A stretch of 64,000 bases of DNA from Candidatus Saccharimonadales bacterium (GTDB lineage: Bacteria > Patescibacteriota > Saccharimonadia > Saccharimonadales > UBA10212): contig JBBRSU010000001.1 in the NCBI GenBank assembly GCA_038245195.1, positions 64,121 through 128,120 on the forward strand, written 5' to 3'. The position numbers were made by a program, and so were the translations under genes. Shown piece by piece: positions 17,840 to 25,130 of this stretch; within the stretch, counting starts at the first letter, position 1, and each line of letters opens with the position of its first letter. The notes beneath the pieces were generated by a model, which searched no databases, was not told where the DNA came from, and was given only the letters and a program-made list of their open reading frames with translations.

Positions 17840-18319
17840 ATGGCACGAAGTTTTAACCAAGTAACCCTGATGGGCAATTTAACAAGGGACCCAGAACTGC
17901 GCACCACGCCAAACGGTGCCAGTGTTTGTAGTTTTAGTTTGGCTCTAAACCGCAGCTATAAGAACGCCGAAGGCAGTTGGACCGAAGCTACCGATTTTAT
18001 CGACATTGTAGCTTGGGGCCCGCTGGGCGAACGAGTAGCCCAATACCTTACCAAAGGCCGGCCAGCCTTAGTTGCCGGCCGGCTGCAAAGCCGTAGCTGG
18101 GAACAAGATGGCAACAAACGCAGTAAAGTTGAAGTCGTGGCCCAAGACGTAACCTTCTTAGGCGGTGCACCTGGTGGCAGTGGTGCCCCGACCGGCAACG
18201 ACGACCAAGTTTCAGCACCGATACCCAGCAAACCGGCCAAAAAATCAGATAAGCAGGATGATGTCGTTATAGAAGATATTGGTGATGAGCCAATCAACCT
18301 TGACGATATCCCCTTTTAA
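17840..18319 (+). CDS. ssb: single-stranded DNA-binding protein
   Basis: OB-fold N-terminus (NQVTLMGNLTRDPELR), Gly/Pro-rich linker and the C-terminal acidic tip DDIPF. Confidence 0.95.
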   Translation: MARSFNQVTLMGNLTRDPELRTTPNGASVCSFSLALNRSYKNAEGSWTEATDFIDIVAWGPLGERVAQYLTKGRPALVAGRLQSRSWEQDGNKRSKVEVVAQDVTFLGGAPGGSGAPTGNDDQVSAPIPSKPAKKSDKQDDVVIEDIGDEPINLDDIPF

Positions 18320-18328
18320 GGAGAACAG

Positions 18329-18532
18329 ATGGCAAAGATATTTAAACACCGAACCGACGTAGCCTTTTTTGACTACAAGGATTTTAAGACCTTGCAACGC
18401 TACATCAATCAATACGGACAGATTGAACCACGCAAGCGCAGTGGTCTAACCGAGAGCAAACAGCGCCAATTAGCTAAAGCTATTAAGCGAGCTCGACACA
18501 TCGCTCTATTACCATTCGTTCAAAATGGCTAA
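18329..18532 (+). CDS. rpsR: 30S ribosomal protein S18
   Basis: The RKRSGLTESKQRQLAKAIKRARHIALLPF motif is canonical S18. Confidence 0.93.
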   Translation: MAKIFKHRTDVAFFDYKDFKTLQRYINQYGQIEPRKRSGLTESKQRQLAKAIKRARHIALLPFVQNG

Positions 18533-18857
18533 CGACGCACCAGCCCAGGTCGTTAAACATATAGATAACCAGGTTAGTATGATATTGCGTACGATTAACC
18601 AGCATGAACTTTCTGAAAAACCCAAGAAGGCTTTGGTTAAATTGAAGCAAGCCTTAATTGACGCCCGAGTTTATTCACGAGATTACGAACTTAGTGAAAC
18701 CCGCGAAGAACAGATAGATAATGCTAAAAAAGCTAATAAATATTTAGAGCAGATTAGGCAGTCAATTCTGCGAACCAGTGAGTTCAATGTGTTTGGCCCG
18801 ATTGATGTTGCCCTTATAACCGCTCAAATCGATTCCGCCAAGGCAGACCTAAAATGA
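18525..18857 (+). CDS. hypothetical protein
   Basis: 110-aa helical-looking ORF that overlaps both neighbours by a few nt (operon-like). Confidence 0.5.
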   Translation: MANDAPAQVVKHIDNQVSMILRTINQHELSEKPKKALVKLKQALIDARVYSRDYELSETREEQIDNAKKANKYLEQIRQSILRTSEFNVFGPIDVALITAQIDSAKADLK

Positions 18858-19255
18858 GAGAAAAGGTTGCGGTCGGCGTAGTTTGGCACGGAGCTGAATT
18901 AGTAGTCCAGAAGAAAATCTATAAAAAACCCAGCGACGAAATTGTCGAACGCTATGAGTTCCCATCAAAAAAAATTGAACCTGGAGATAAATCTCTAAAC
19001 ACATTAGTCAAGTCATTAAACGTACAGCTCGGTTTCCCATTTACAGCCGAATCGTTCGGTAAGTTAAGGACCCAAAGAAATGCAAAGCACATAGCTTTTT
19101 ATCATGAAGCATTGTTACCATATGGGACCAATTTACATTCTACCGACAAAAAGTATGGAGAAATAGAATTTTGGACTAGGGATAGATTTGATGAAGCCTT
19201 AGAAGAAGAAAGCTTGTCGCCATTTGTTACTATGTACGTTGAAAGACATTTATAG
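18854..19255 (+). CDS. hypothetical protein, possibly Nudix-fold with degenerate Nudix box
   Basis: SKKIEPGDKSLNTLVKSLNVQLGF aligns by eye to GGkvEpGEs..eAl.RElkEEtG, but the RE..EE catalytic residues are replaced. Confidence 0.4.
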   Translation: MREKVAVGVVWHGAELVVQKKIYKKPSDEIVERYEFPSKKIEPGDKSLNTLVKSLNVQLGFPFTAESFGKLRTQRNAKHIAFYHEALLPYGTNLHSTDKKYGEIEFWTRDRFDEALEEESLSPFVTMYVERHL

Positions 19256-19822
19256 ATGGCATTATCGATAACTAATCTAAAAAAGGGCACAGTTTTTCAG
19301 CTAGATAGTGTGCCATACCGAGTGGTGGAATACAGCCAAAAAGTTATGGGGCGGGGTGGCTCGACAGTCAACGTCAAAATCAAAAGCTTAATCGACGGTA
19401 AGGTTCTGACTAAAACTTTTCATGGCAACGACAGCGTTGATAGTGCCGATGTATCTAATCGCCCAATGCAGTACTTGTATAACGACAATGGTAAGTTTTT
19501 CTTTATGGACCCGGTAAGCTATGAACAGTTTGAACTAGAAGCCGAGGCTATGGACGACAAAGCCGGGTTTATTAAAGAAGGCGATAGCCTAACCGCCCAG
19601 TTTTTTGATAACCGTATAATTAATATCGAGCTGGCCAAAAATGTTCCACTAAAAGTTACCTACACCGAAAACGCCGTGCGTGGCGATACCAGCTCAGCAA
19701 TAACCAAAGACGCCACGCTAGAAACCGGGTTAACCATAAAAGTGCCCGCTTTTATCAAACAAGGTGATTTACTGTCAGTAGATACCACCACCGGAGCTTA
19801 TCGTGAGCGCATTAAAGACTGA
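19256..19822 (+). CDS. efp: elongation factor P
   Basis: LKKGTVFQLDSVPYRVVEYSQKVMGRGGSTVNVKIKSL is the canonical EF-P domain I. Confidence 0.95.
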   Translation: MALSITNLKKGTVFQLDSVPYRVVEYSQKVMGRGGSTVNVKIKSLIDGKVLTKTFHGNDSVDSADVSNRPMQYLYNDNGKFFFMDPVSYEQFELEAEAMDDKAGFIKEGDSLTAQFFDNRIINIELAKNVPLKVTYTENAVRGDTSSAITKDATLETGLTIKVPAFIKQGDLLSVDTTTGAYRERIKD

Positions 19823-20300
19823 TAAATACCGTTACATGATTGTCTACATGCTAGATGATCTAGATGTTGGTGAACACTTTAAACCAACTGCGCTACACAT
19901 AAGTATCTTGCCGTGGTTTGCGCTAGAAACCGATGAAGCACCGTTTGTTGATTGGTTTTATAAACATTTTGACGCTGTAGAAGCTTTTGAGGCAGTTGCC
20001 GATAAACAAGCCATGTTTGGGCCTCGCCAGGACGTGCCTGTAAGCATTGTGGAGCCACAAAAAAAGTTTTTGGCACTGCATAAAACCGCCTTAAGTTGGT
20101 TTGGAGCGGTGGGGGCTCGATGGGCCGAAAACGACCCCTATGTGGGTGATGATTTTATCCCTCACATAGCTCAGCGCGACGGCTATATATTAGACGATAG
20201 TAAAATGGTGCACATCAATTCGCTTACTTTATTCAAAGCCAACCGACATGAGGATCAAATAAGAACGGTAGTGGCCAAAGCCATTTTCCATGAAAACTAG
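19803..20300 (+). CDS. hypothetical protein (weak 2H-phosphoesterase-like HxS/HxA motifs)
   Basis: HISILPWF and IPHIAQRD loosely resemble the two HxT/S motifs of the 2H superfamily. An alternative ATG start is at 19836. Confidence 0.4.
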   Translation: MSALKTDKYRYMIVYMLDDLDVGEHFKPTALHISILPWFALETDEAPFVDWFYKHFDAVEAFEAVADKQAMFGPRQDVPVSIVEPQKKFLALHKTALSWFGAVGARWAENDPYVGDDFIPHIAQRDGYILDDSKMVHINSLTLFKANRHEDQIRTVVAKAIFHEN

Positions 20301-21009
20301 ACTAGATGTAGCTTTGGCGAAACGGGGATTGGCGACTAGCCGTAGCCAAGCCGAAAATTATATTAAACTAGGAAAAGCTAGTGTTAATGGCATAATACTT
20401 AACAAGTCAAGTATTATGGTTGGCGATGATGACAAGCTTGCGATACAACAGGACGTTCAGTATGTTAGCCGGGCTGCACTAAAGCTAGCCAGTGTGGCCG
20501 ACAAGTTTGAACTCAATTTTAAAACCAAAATCGTTTTAGATGTTGGTAGTAGCACCGGCGGCTTTAGTGATTTTGCACTCAGGCATGGTGCCAAAAAAAT
20601 TATTGCAGTAGATGTTGGTACTGATCAGCTACACCCAAGTTTGCGTACAAACCCCCTAATTGAGCTACACGAGAAAACCGACATCAGGCAGTTTAGCTCA
20701 ACTCAAACAATCGATATAGTGCTAATAGACGTCAGCTTCATAAGCCTTCGACAAATTTTGCCGGCGGTGATTAAACTATCAAATGATTCAACTCAAATAA
20801 TTGCTATGTTAAAACCACAATTCGAAGCCGGTACTAACGACATCAACAAGGGAATTATCAAAAATGATTCAATCCGGCGGCAAATTATGAAGGACTTCGA
20901 AACCTGGGCTAGCCGACAGTTTTTAGTCAAAAATAAAGCCGACAGCCAGGTGACCGGGGCCAAGGGTAATCGCGAAAAATTCTATTTGCTGAAGCGGATT
21001 AAAGCTTAA
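20290..21009 (+). CDS. tlyA: TlyA-family rRNA 2'-O-methyltransferase
   Basis: N-terminal S4 domain (RLDVALAKRGLATSRSQAENYIKLGKASVNG) and SAM-binding motif LDVGSSTGGFSDFAL. Confidence 0.9.
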   Translation: MKTRLDVALAKRGLATSRSQAENYIKLGKASVNGIILNKSSIMVGDDDKLAIQQDVQYVSRAALKLASVADKFELNFKTKIVLDVGSSTGGFSDFALRHGAKKIIAVDVGTDQLHPSLRTNPLIELHEKTDIRQFSSTQTIDIVLIDVSFISLRQILPAVIKLSNDSTQIIAMLKPQFEAGTNDINKGIIKNDSIRRQIMKDFETWASRQFLVKNKADSQVTGAKGNREKFYLLKRIKA

Positions 21010-21014
21010 GATTA

Positions 21015-21043
21015 TTGACTTCTAAGGAGTTACGTGCTAATTT
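21015..21043 (+). promoter_or_regulatory. candidate promoter giving a ~190-nt leader for the Rpf-like gene
   Basis: TTGACT (21015-21020), 17-nt spacer, TAATTT (21038-21043). Confidence 0.3.
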
Positions 21044-21237
21044 ACAGGCACGGTCGCCAGACCGGTGTGAACATATGTCTGTCAGAAAGTAAGTTTACTT
21101 GCACCACTCTGATGGGCTCACACATAGAGATTTTTCGCTGGCTTCGGCTATGCGGCTATACAATCTCTCAACCTGGTGATTAAGACCACAAACCCGCTTA
21201 TAAGGGTTTGCGAACCTCGATATGAAAGGAGACGAGC

Positions 21238-21924
21238 TTGACTGCTCGGATTAGCCTAATCTTGGCGCTGTCTATCGTGATTTTTGCGGCGACGGCCCAA
21301 GTCTCCAAAGCCACCGCCGCGACGGCGGCCACCGCTTGCGGCCACCAAGCCGCATACAGCCATAAGGGCCAGGCTCTTAGGAGTTTGAGTTCTGTAAAGA
21401 GTACCAAGCTTCACCGGTTTTGCACAAAGTTCGTAGAACTACGTACAAAAGCCAAGACCATCAAGCACCAACGCTTGCTGGTCGCCCCCCGCTACAAGTA
21501 CTGCTGGAAAGTACCCGATAAGAAATGGCGGGCCAGCGTTTGTAGGGCTCGGGCCAAGCTGAGGCGGATTCTAACTAAGGATTTGCCCTGGCTGGACCAA
21601 CGCATCAAGGCCCTTCTGCCCCAACCCAGATTCCCTAAGTGGCTGTTAGATGCCTTCATATGCATCCACAACCACGAGGGAGCCTGGAACTCCAAGACCG
21701 GTAACGGTTATGACGGAGGCCTGCAAATGGATGCTACTTTCCAGGTTCAATATGGACCAGAGTTCGTCCATAGGTGGGGGTCAGCTGACAAATGGCCTAT
21801 CTGGGCCCAGATGACGGCTGCAATTCGAGCCTATACCGGCTGGGTTGGACCAGATCCACGGACTCGTACAGCCCGTGGCTTTGGACCCTGGCCGAATACT
21901 GCACATTCCTGCCGCCTCATCTAA
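21238..21924 (+). CDS. secreted Rpf-like (resuscitation-promoting-factor-type) transglycosylase-domain protein
   Basis: TTG start with AAGGAG 7 nt upstream, and a signal peptide. ICIHNHEGAWNSKTGNGYDGGLQMD...RGFGPWPNTAHSC aligns by eye with the Rpf core CESGGNW..NTGNG.YGGLQ...GPGAWP.C. Confidence 0.72.
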   Translation: MTARISLILALSIVIFAATAQVSKATAATAATACGHQAAYSHKGQALRSLSSVKSTKLHRFCTKFVELRTKAKTIKHQRLLVAPRYKYCWKVPDKKWRASVCRARAKLRRILTKDLPWLDQRIKALLPQPRFPKWLLDAFICIHNHEGAWNSKTGNGYDGGLQMDATFQVQYGPEFVHRWGSADKWPIWAQMTAAIRAYTGWVGPDPRTRTARGFGPWPNTAHSCRLI

Positions 21925-22017
21925 GCAAATATCGAGATCCACTGGGGACGGGTGCGCGGAAATATCCAGCGCACTCGTCCCACGGTTATGGCGACCGTAA
22001 ACCTATAAAAATTTACT

Positions 22018-22665
22018 TTATAAAAAGGCTTGTAAAGCCGGCAAATCCTTTAGCACAATGTACGATTTGCGATTACTAATTAGGCCCTTACGCTCCAAGG
22101 CAGCAATTTCCCGGCTGGCGGTTTCGCGACTAGCATTTATGGAACTGGCGATATCTTGATGGCGCAAGGGCACTTCAATGACAGTGCCGTCTTCAGTTTC
22201 GTTACCGAAGCGGTTAGCCATAGTTAGCAGAAATGAAATCAATCGCTCTCTAACGGTACGATATTCTAAGTTTAAAATTCTCTCCGAATGAATCCGATAC
22301 ATCTCAGTAACCATATCCAGGATAGGAGCCAGTGCACTAAGGTGACTATGTAGGTAGTCGAGGTAGACCTCTTGTCGGATACGCCAAACGACCGACGTAT
22401 CCATGGCTTGATAAATAATATCTCTCTCTTGGTTGGTCAATGCCCAAATTAGCGGGAAAATCTCTTTATGTTTACGGATAATGAGCAGGTTTTCTTCACC
22501 ATATTTACTGATGTTAAAGGCCTTAACTAAGCCCTCTTCTAAATAAAAAACGGCGCTAGGCGCCTCTCCTGGCCGGATTATATACTCACCTTTCTTATAG
22601 GTGAGTCGCGTGCCGCTCCTGAACAACCCCACCAGCGCGGCCGTTTGTTTATCGCTCGCCAGCAT
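22018..22665 (-). CDS. Crp/Fnr-family transcriptional regulator
   Basis: N-terminal cNMP-binding-like barrel (VFYLEEGLVKAF) and C-terminal HTH (RHQDIASSINASRETASREIAALERKGLI). Confidence 0.9.
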   Translation of the reverse strand: MLASDKQTAALVGLFRSGTRLTYKKGEYIIRPGEAPSAVFYLEEGLVKAFNISKYGEENLLIIRKHKEIFPLIWALTNQERDIIYQAMDTSVVWRIRQEVYLDYLHSHLSALAPILDMVTEMYRIHSERILNLEYRTVRERLISFLLTMANRFGNETEDGTVIEVPLRHQDIASSINASRETASREIAALERKGLISNRKSYIVLKDLPALQAFL

Positions 22666-22702
22666 ATCTAAATTATCCCATTAATAAGCTTGATTTGCCA
22701 TG

Positions 22703-22716
22703 TGTGATATAAATCA
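22703..22716. promoter_or_regulatory. candidate Crp/Fnr-type operator
   Basis: TGTGATATAAATCA contains the palindromic core TGAT-N4-ATCA, in the divergent region between the Crp/Fnr gene and the 22794 gene. Confidence 0.25.
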
Positions 22717-22793
22717 TCATTTTAGCGTGTTCAAAGTTACAGCGCTAAAACTAAAATTACTGCATTATATAAATACCATTAAGGAGAAACGCA

Positions 22794-23507
22794 ATGGTAC
22801 ACCCCAGTTTAATCGAGGCCAGATTGGGTGAGCTTGGGTTCAAAACCAGCCGCTGGTTTCATGCCGAGATACGTGAACTAGAGCACATATTAATGGATGA
22901 TGAGAAAATCATCTCGCTAGTTTGCGGTCGTTATTACGGGAGTTTTGCATTGTTGGTTGCCACTGACCAACGCCTTTTGCTAATCGACAAACGAGTCTTC
23001 TTTATGACTATAGAGGATACCCGCTACGACATGATTTCGGAAATTGACTATAACTCCCAAGCCTACAATGCAACCGTAACAGTTTATACCATGAACAAAA
23101 CGCATAAGTTTACTTCCATCAAATTTAAACGTGAGCTTAGGCAGTTAACTAACTACGTCCAACGCCGTGTTTGGGAATTTAGGCAACAACAATCCTTTGA
23201 TACTCCTAATATTAGCCAATCTGGTTCAACCAGGTTTATCCCAACGGATAGTGCATTGCCGCCAAGCCCCTATCACGCGACCGCAATTGTGCAACCTAAG
23301 TCTGAACCGATTGCTACTGACGACTATTATGTCGTTCAACAGCCAGGCGGGCGTGCTTGGCGTGGTCAGTTAGGTCATGTCGCTCATATGGTGGGGTCGG
23401 CCGCTACTCGCTCGGCACACCACCACACAACCTATAGGCCAATGCACCCTTATTCGCAGGGTTCGCTAATGACTCGCAAGCCACTCAGTACTCCGGGCGA
23501 CTATTAA
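22794..23507 (+). CDS. bacterial PH-domain (YokE-like) protein with low-complexity C-terminus
   Basis: LMDDEKIISLVCGRYYGSFALLVATDQRLLLIDKR...DTRYDMISEIDY matches the bacterial PH (bPH) pattern. AAGGAG RBS. Confidence 0.5.
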   Translation: MVHPSLIEARLGELGFKTSRWFHAEIRELEHILMDDEKIISLVCGRYYGSFALLVATDQRLLLIDKRVFFMTIEDTRYDMISEIDYNSQAYNATVTVYTMNKTHKFTSIKFKRELRQLTNYVQRRVWEFRQQQSFDTPNISQSGSTRFIPTDSALPPSPYHATAIVQPKSEPIATDDYYVVQQPGGRAWRGQLGHVAHMVGSAATRSAHHHTTYRPMHPYSQGSLMTRKPLSTPGDY

Positions 23508-24574
23508 ACGTTGAATCTAAATTCAACCACATCATCGGCTTTCATGATGTAGGTCTTGCCTTCGGTGCGTAGTTTGCCAGCGGCTTTAGCAGCCTGCTCA
23601 CTTCCAGCCGATACTAAGTCCCTATAGTCCACCACTTGGGCGGCAATGAAACCGCGTTCAAAATCGGTATGAATAATACCGGCTGCCTGGGGGGCGGTGG
23701 CACCTTTGGGTATCGTCCAGGCACGGACTTCTTTTTCGCCGGCTGTCAAATAACTTTGTAAGCCCAAAACGGTATAAGCGGCATGGATAACTTGGTATAG
23801 ACCGCTCTGGGTCTGGCCGTAGCTTGCCAGCAGTTCTTGGCGGTCAATTTCATCTAGGTCCTTTAGTTCGGCCTCGATTTTCGCGCTCACAAATATCGCC
23901 TGCGCAGGGGTAACCAGGCTGGCCAGTTCGGCCTGTTTGGTTGGCTCGGCCATGGTTGGCTCATCTATATTAAAAACATAAATCATTGGTTTGGTGGTTA
24001 TTAGCTGAAGTTCAGCCAGATGTTCCAGATCTAGGTCTTGGCCGAATAATGAAGTGCCAGAATCAAGCAACTGCTTAGCGATTTTGTAAGTGTTTAAAAC
24101 CGGCATAAGTTTAGCGTCAGCCCGAGCTTCTTTTTCTAGGTAGGGTAGGCGTTTATCAAGGGTTTGTAAATCGGCCAAAACCAGCTCGGTGTTGATAATT
24201 TCAATGTCTTTTTTGGGGTCGTCGGTACCGCTATTTTGGACGTCACTATCGGCAAAGGCACGCACCACATGGCAACTCGCATTAGTGCTGCGAATATGGG
24301 CTAAGAATTGGTTGCCCAGGCCTTCACCTTGGCTGGCACCAGCCACTAGCCCGGCAATATCTACGAATGTTACAGTTGCTGGTACAATTTTTTGGCTTTT
24401 ATAAATCTCAGCCAGCTTTGCAAGGCGCTCATCGGGAATCGGTACTATGCCAGTATTGGGCTCAATAGTTGCGAACGGATAATTTGCCGCCAAAACATCA
24501 GCGTCGGTCAATGCGTTAAATAAAGTACTCTTGCCCACATTGGGCAACCCCACGATTCCAATACTCAAAGCCAT
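23504..24574 (-). CDS. ychF: ribosome-binding ATPase YchF
   Basis: G1 motif GLPNVGKSTLFNALT, and the C-terminal YchF domain ending in KADDVVEFRFNV. Confidence 0.95.
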   Translation of the reverse strand: MALSIGIVGLPNVGKSTLFNALTDADVLAANYPFATIEPNTGIVPIPDERLAKLAEIYKSQKIVPATVTFVDIAGLVAGASQGEGLGNQFLAHIRSTNASCHVVRAFADSDVQNSGTDDPKKDIEIINTELVLADLQTLDKRLPYLEKEARADAKLMPVLNTYKIAKQLLDSGTSLFGQDLDLEHLAELQLITTKPMIYVFNIDEPTMAEPTKQAELASLVTPAQAIFVSAKIEAELKDLDEIDRQELLASYGQTQSGLYQVIHAAYTVLGLQSYLTAGEKEVRAWTIPKGATAPQAAGIIHTDFERGFIAAQVVDYRDLVSAGSEQAAKAAGKLRTEGKTYIMKADDVVEFRFNV

Positions 24575-24608
24575 TTATCTATTCTAACAGGGGTGGTAAT
24601 ATATTGGT

Positions 24609-25130
24609 ATGCCTAAATTTATAGCATTTCTGCGGGGTGTTAATGTTGGTGGCCGAATTATTAAAATGGCCGAGCTTAAGACAGCTTTTGAAACGGCCGG
24701 TTTTAAGAAGGTTTCAACATTTTTACAAACGGGCAATGTGACATTTGACAGCCACCTTAAAGAATCGCTGCTTAAGGCTAAGATTGAGCGAATGCTAGCT
24801 AAAGCCTTTAGATATCCGGCTAAAGTTCAGGTTGTTTCATTTGAAAATTTAGCCAAAATAGTTGCGGCCAACCCATTTAGCGAAGCCTCGAGCGATTATC
24901 ATCAATACGTAATATTTATAGAAAACCAATTAGAAATTGCTTTAGTTGCCGAAGCCGGCAAACTACTTGGTGAAGAGCTGAAGATCGGGCAGGGGGTAGT
25001 TTACTGGAAAGTCAAAAAAGGCCAAACCCTAAAAAGTCCGTTCGCTAAATTACTAACCAAAACTAAATACAAAGACTTTAATACGAACCGCAATATCAAC
25101 ACTCTTCAAAAAATTATCAAATCAAGCTGA
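24609..25130 (+). CDS. DUF1697-family protein
   Basis: The N-terminus FLRGVNVGGRIIKMAELK is the DUF1697 signature. Confidence 0.78.
   Translation: MPKFIAFLRGVNVGGRIIKMAELKTAFETAGFKKVSTFLQTGNVTFDSHLKESLLKAKIERMLAKAFRYPAKVQVVSFENLAKIVAANPFSEASSDYHQYVIFIENQLEIALVAEAGKLLGEELKIGQGVVYWKVKKGQTLKSPFAKLLTKTKYKDFNTNRNINTLQKIIKSS

Noticed and set aside
21010-21237. ydaO-type c-di-AMP riboswitch upstream of the Rpf-like gene
   Set aside because: I looked for it because actinobacterial rpf genes can carry one. I could not find the conserved ydaO sequence blocks as I recall them (GGGGACCCA, GGGGUGAAUC, CAGCUAACCUCGUAAGCG-like). I retained the region only as an unclassified structured leader.
21792-22079. 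95-aa plus-strand ORF overlapping the 3' end of the Rpf-like gene, and the 69-aa minus-strand ORF at 21198-21407
   Set aside because: They are alternative-frame or antisense ORFs inside a GC-richer segment where long spurious ORFs are expected. Only the Rpf frame carries a recognisable domain and an RBS.
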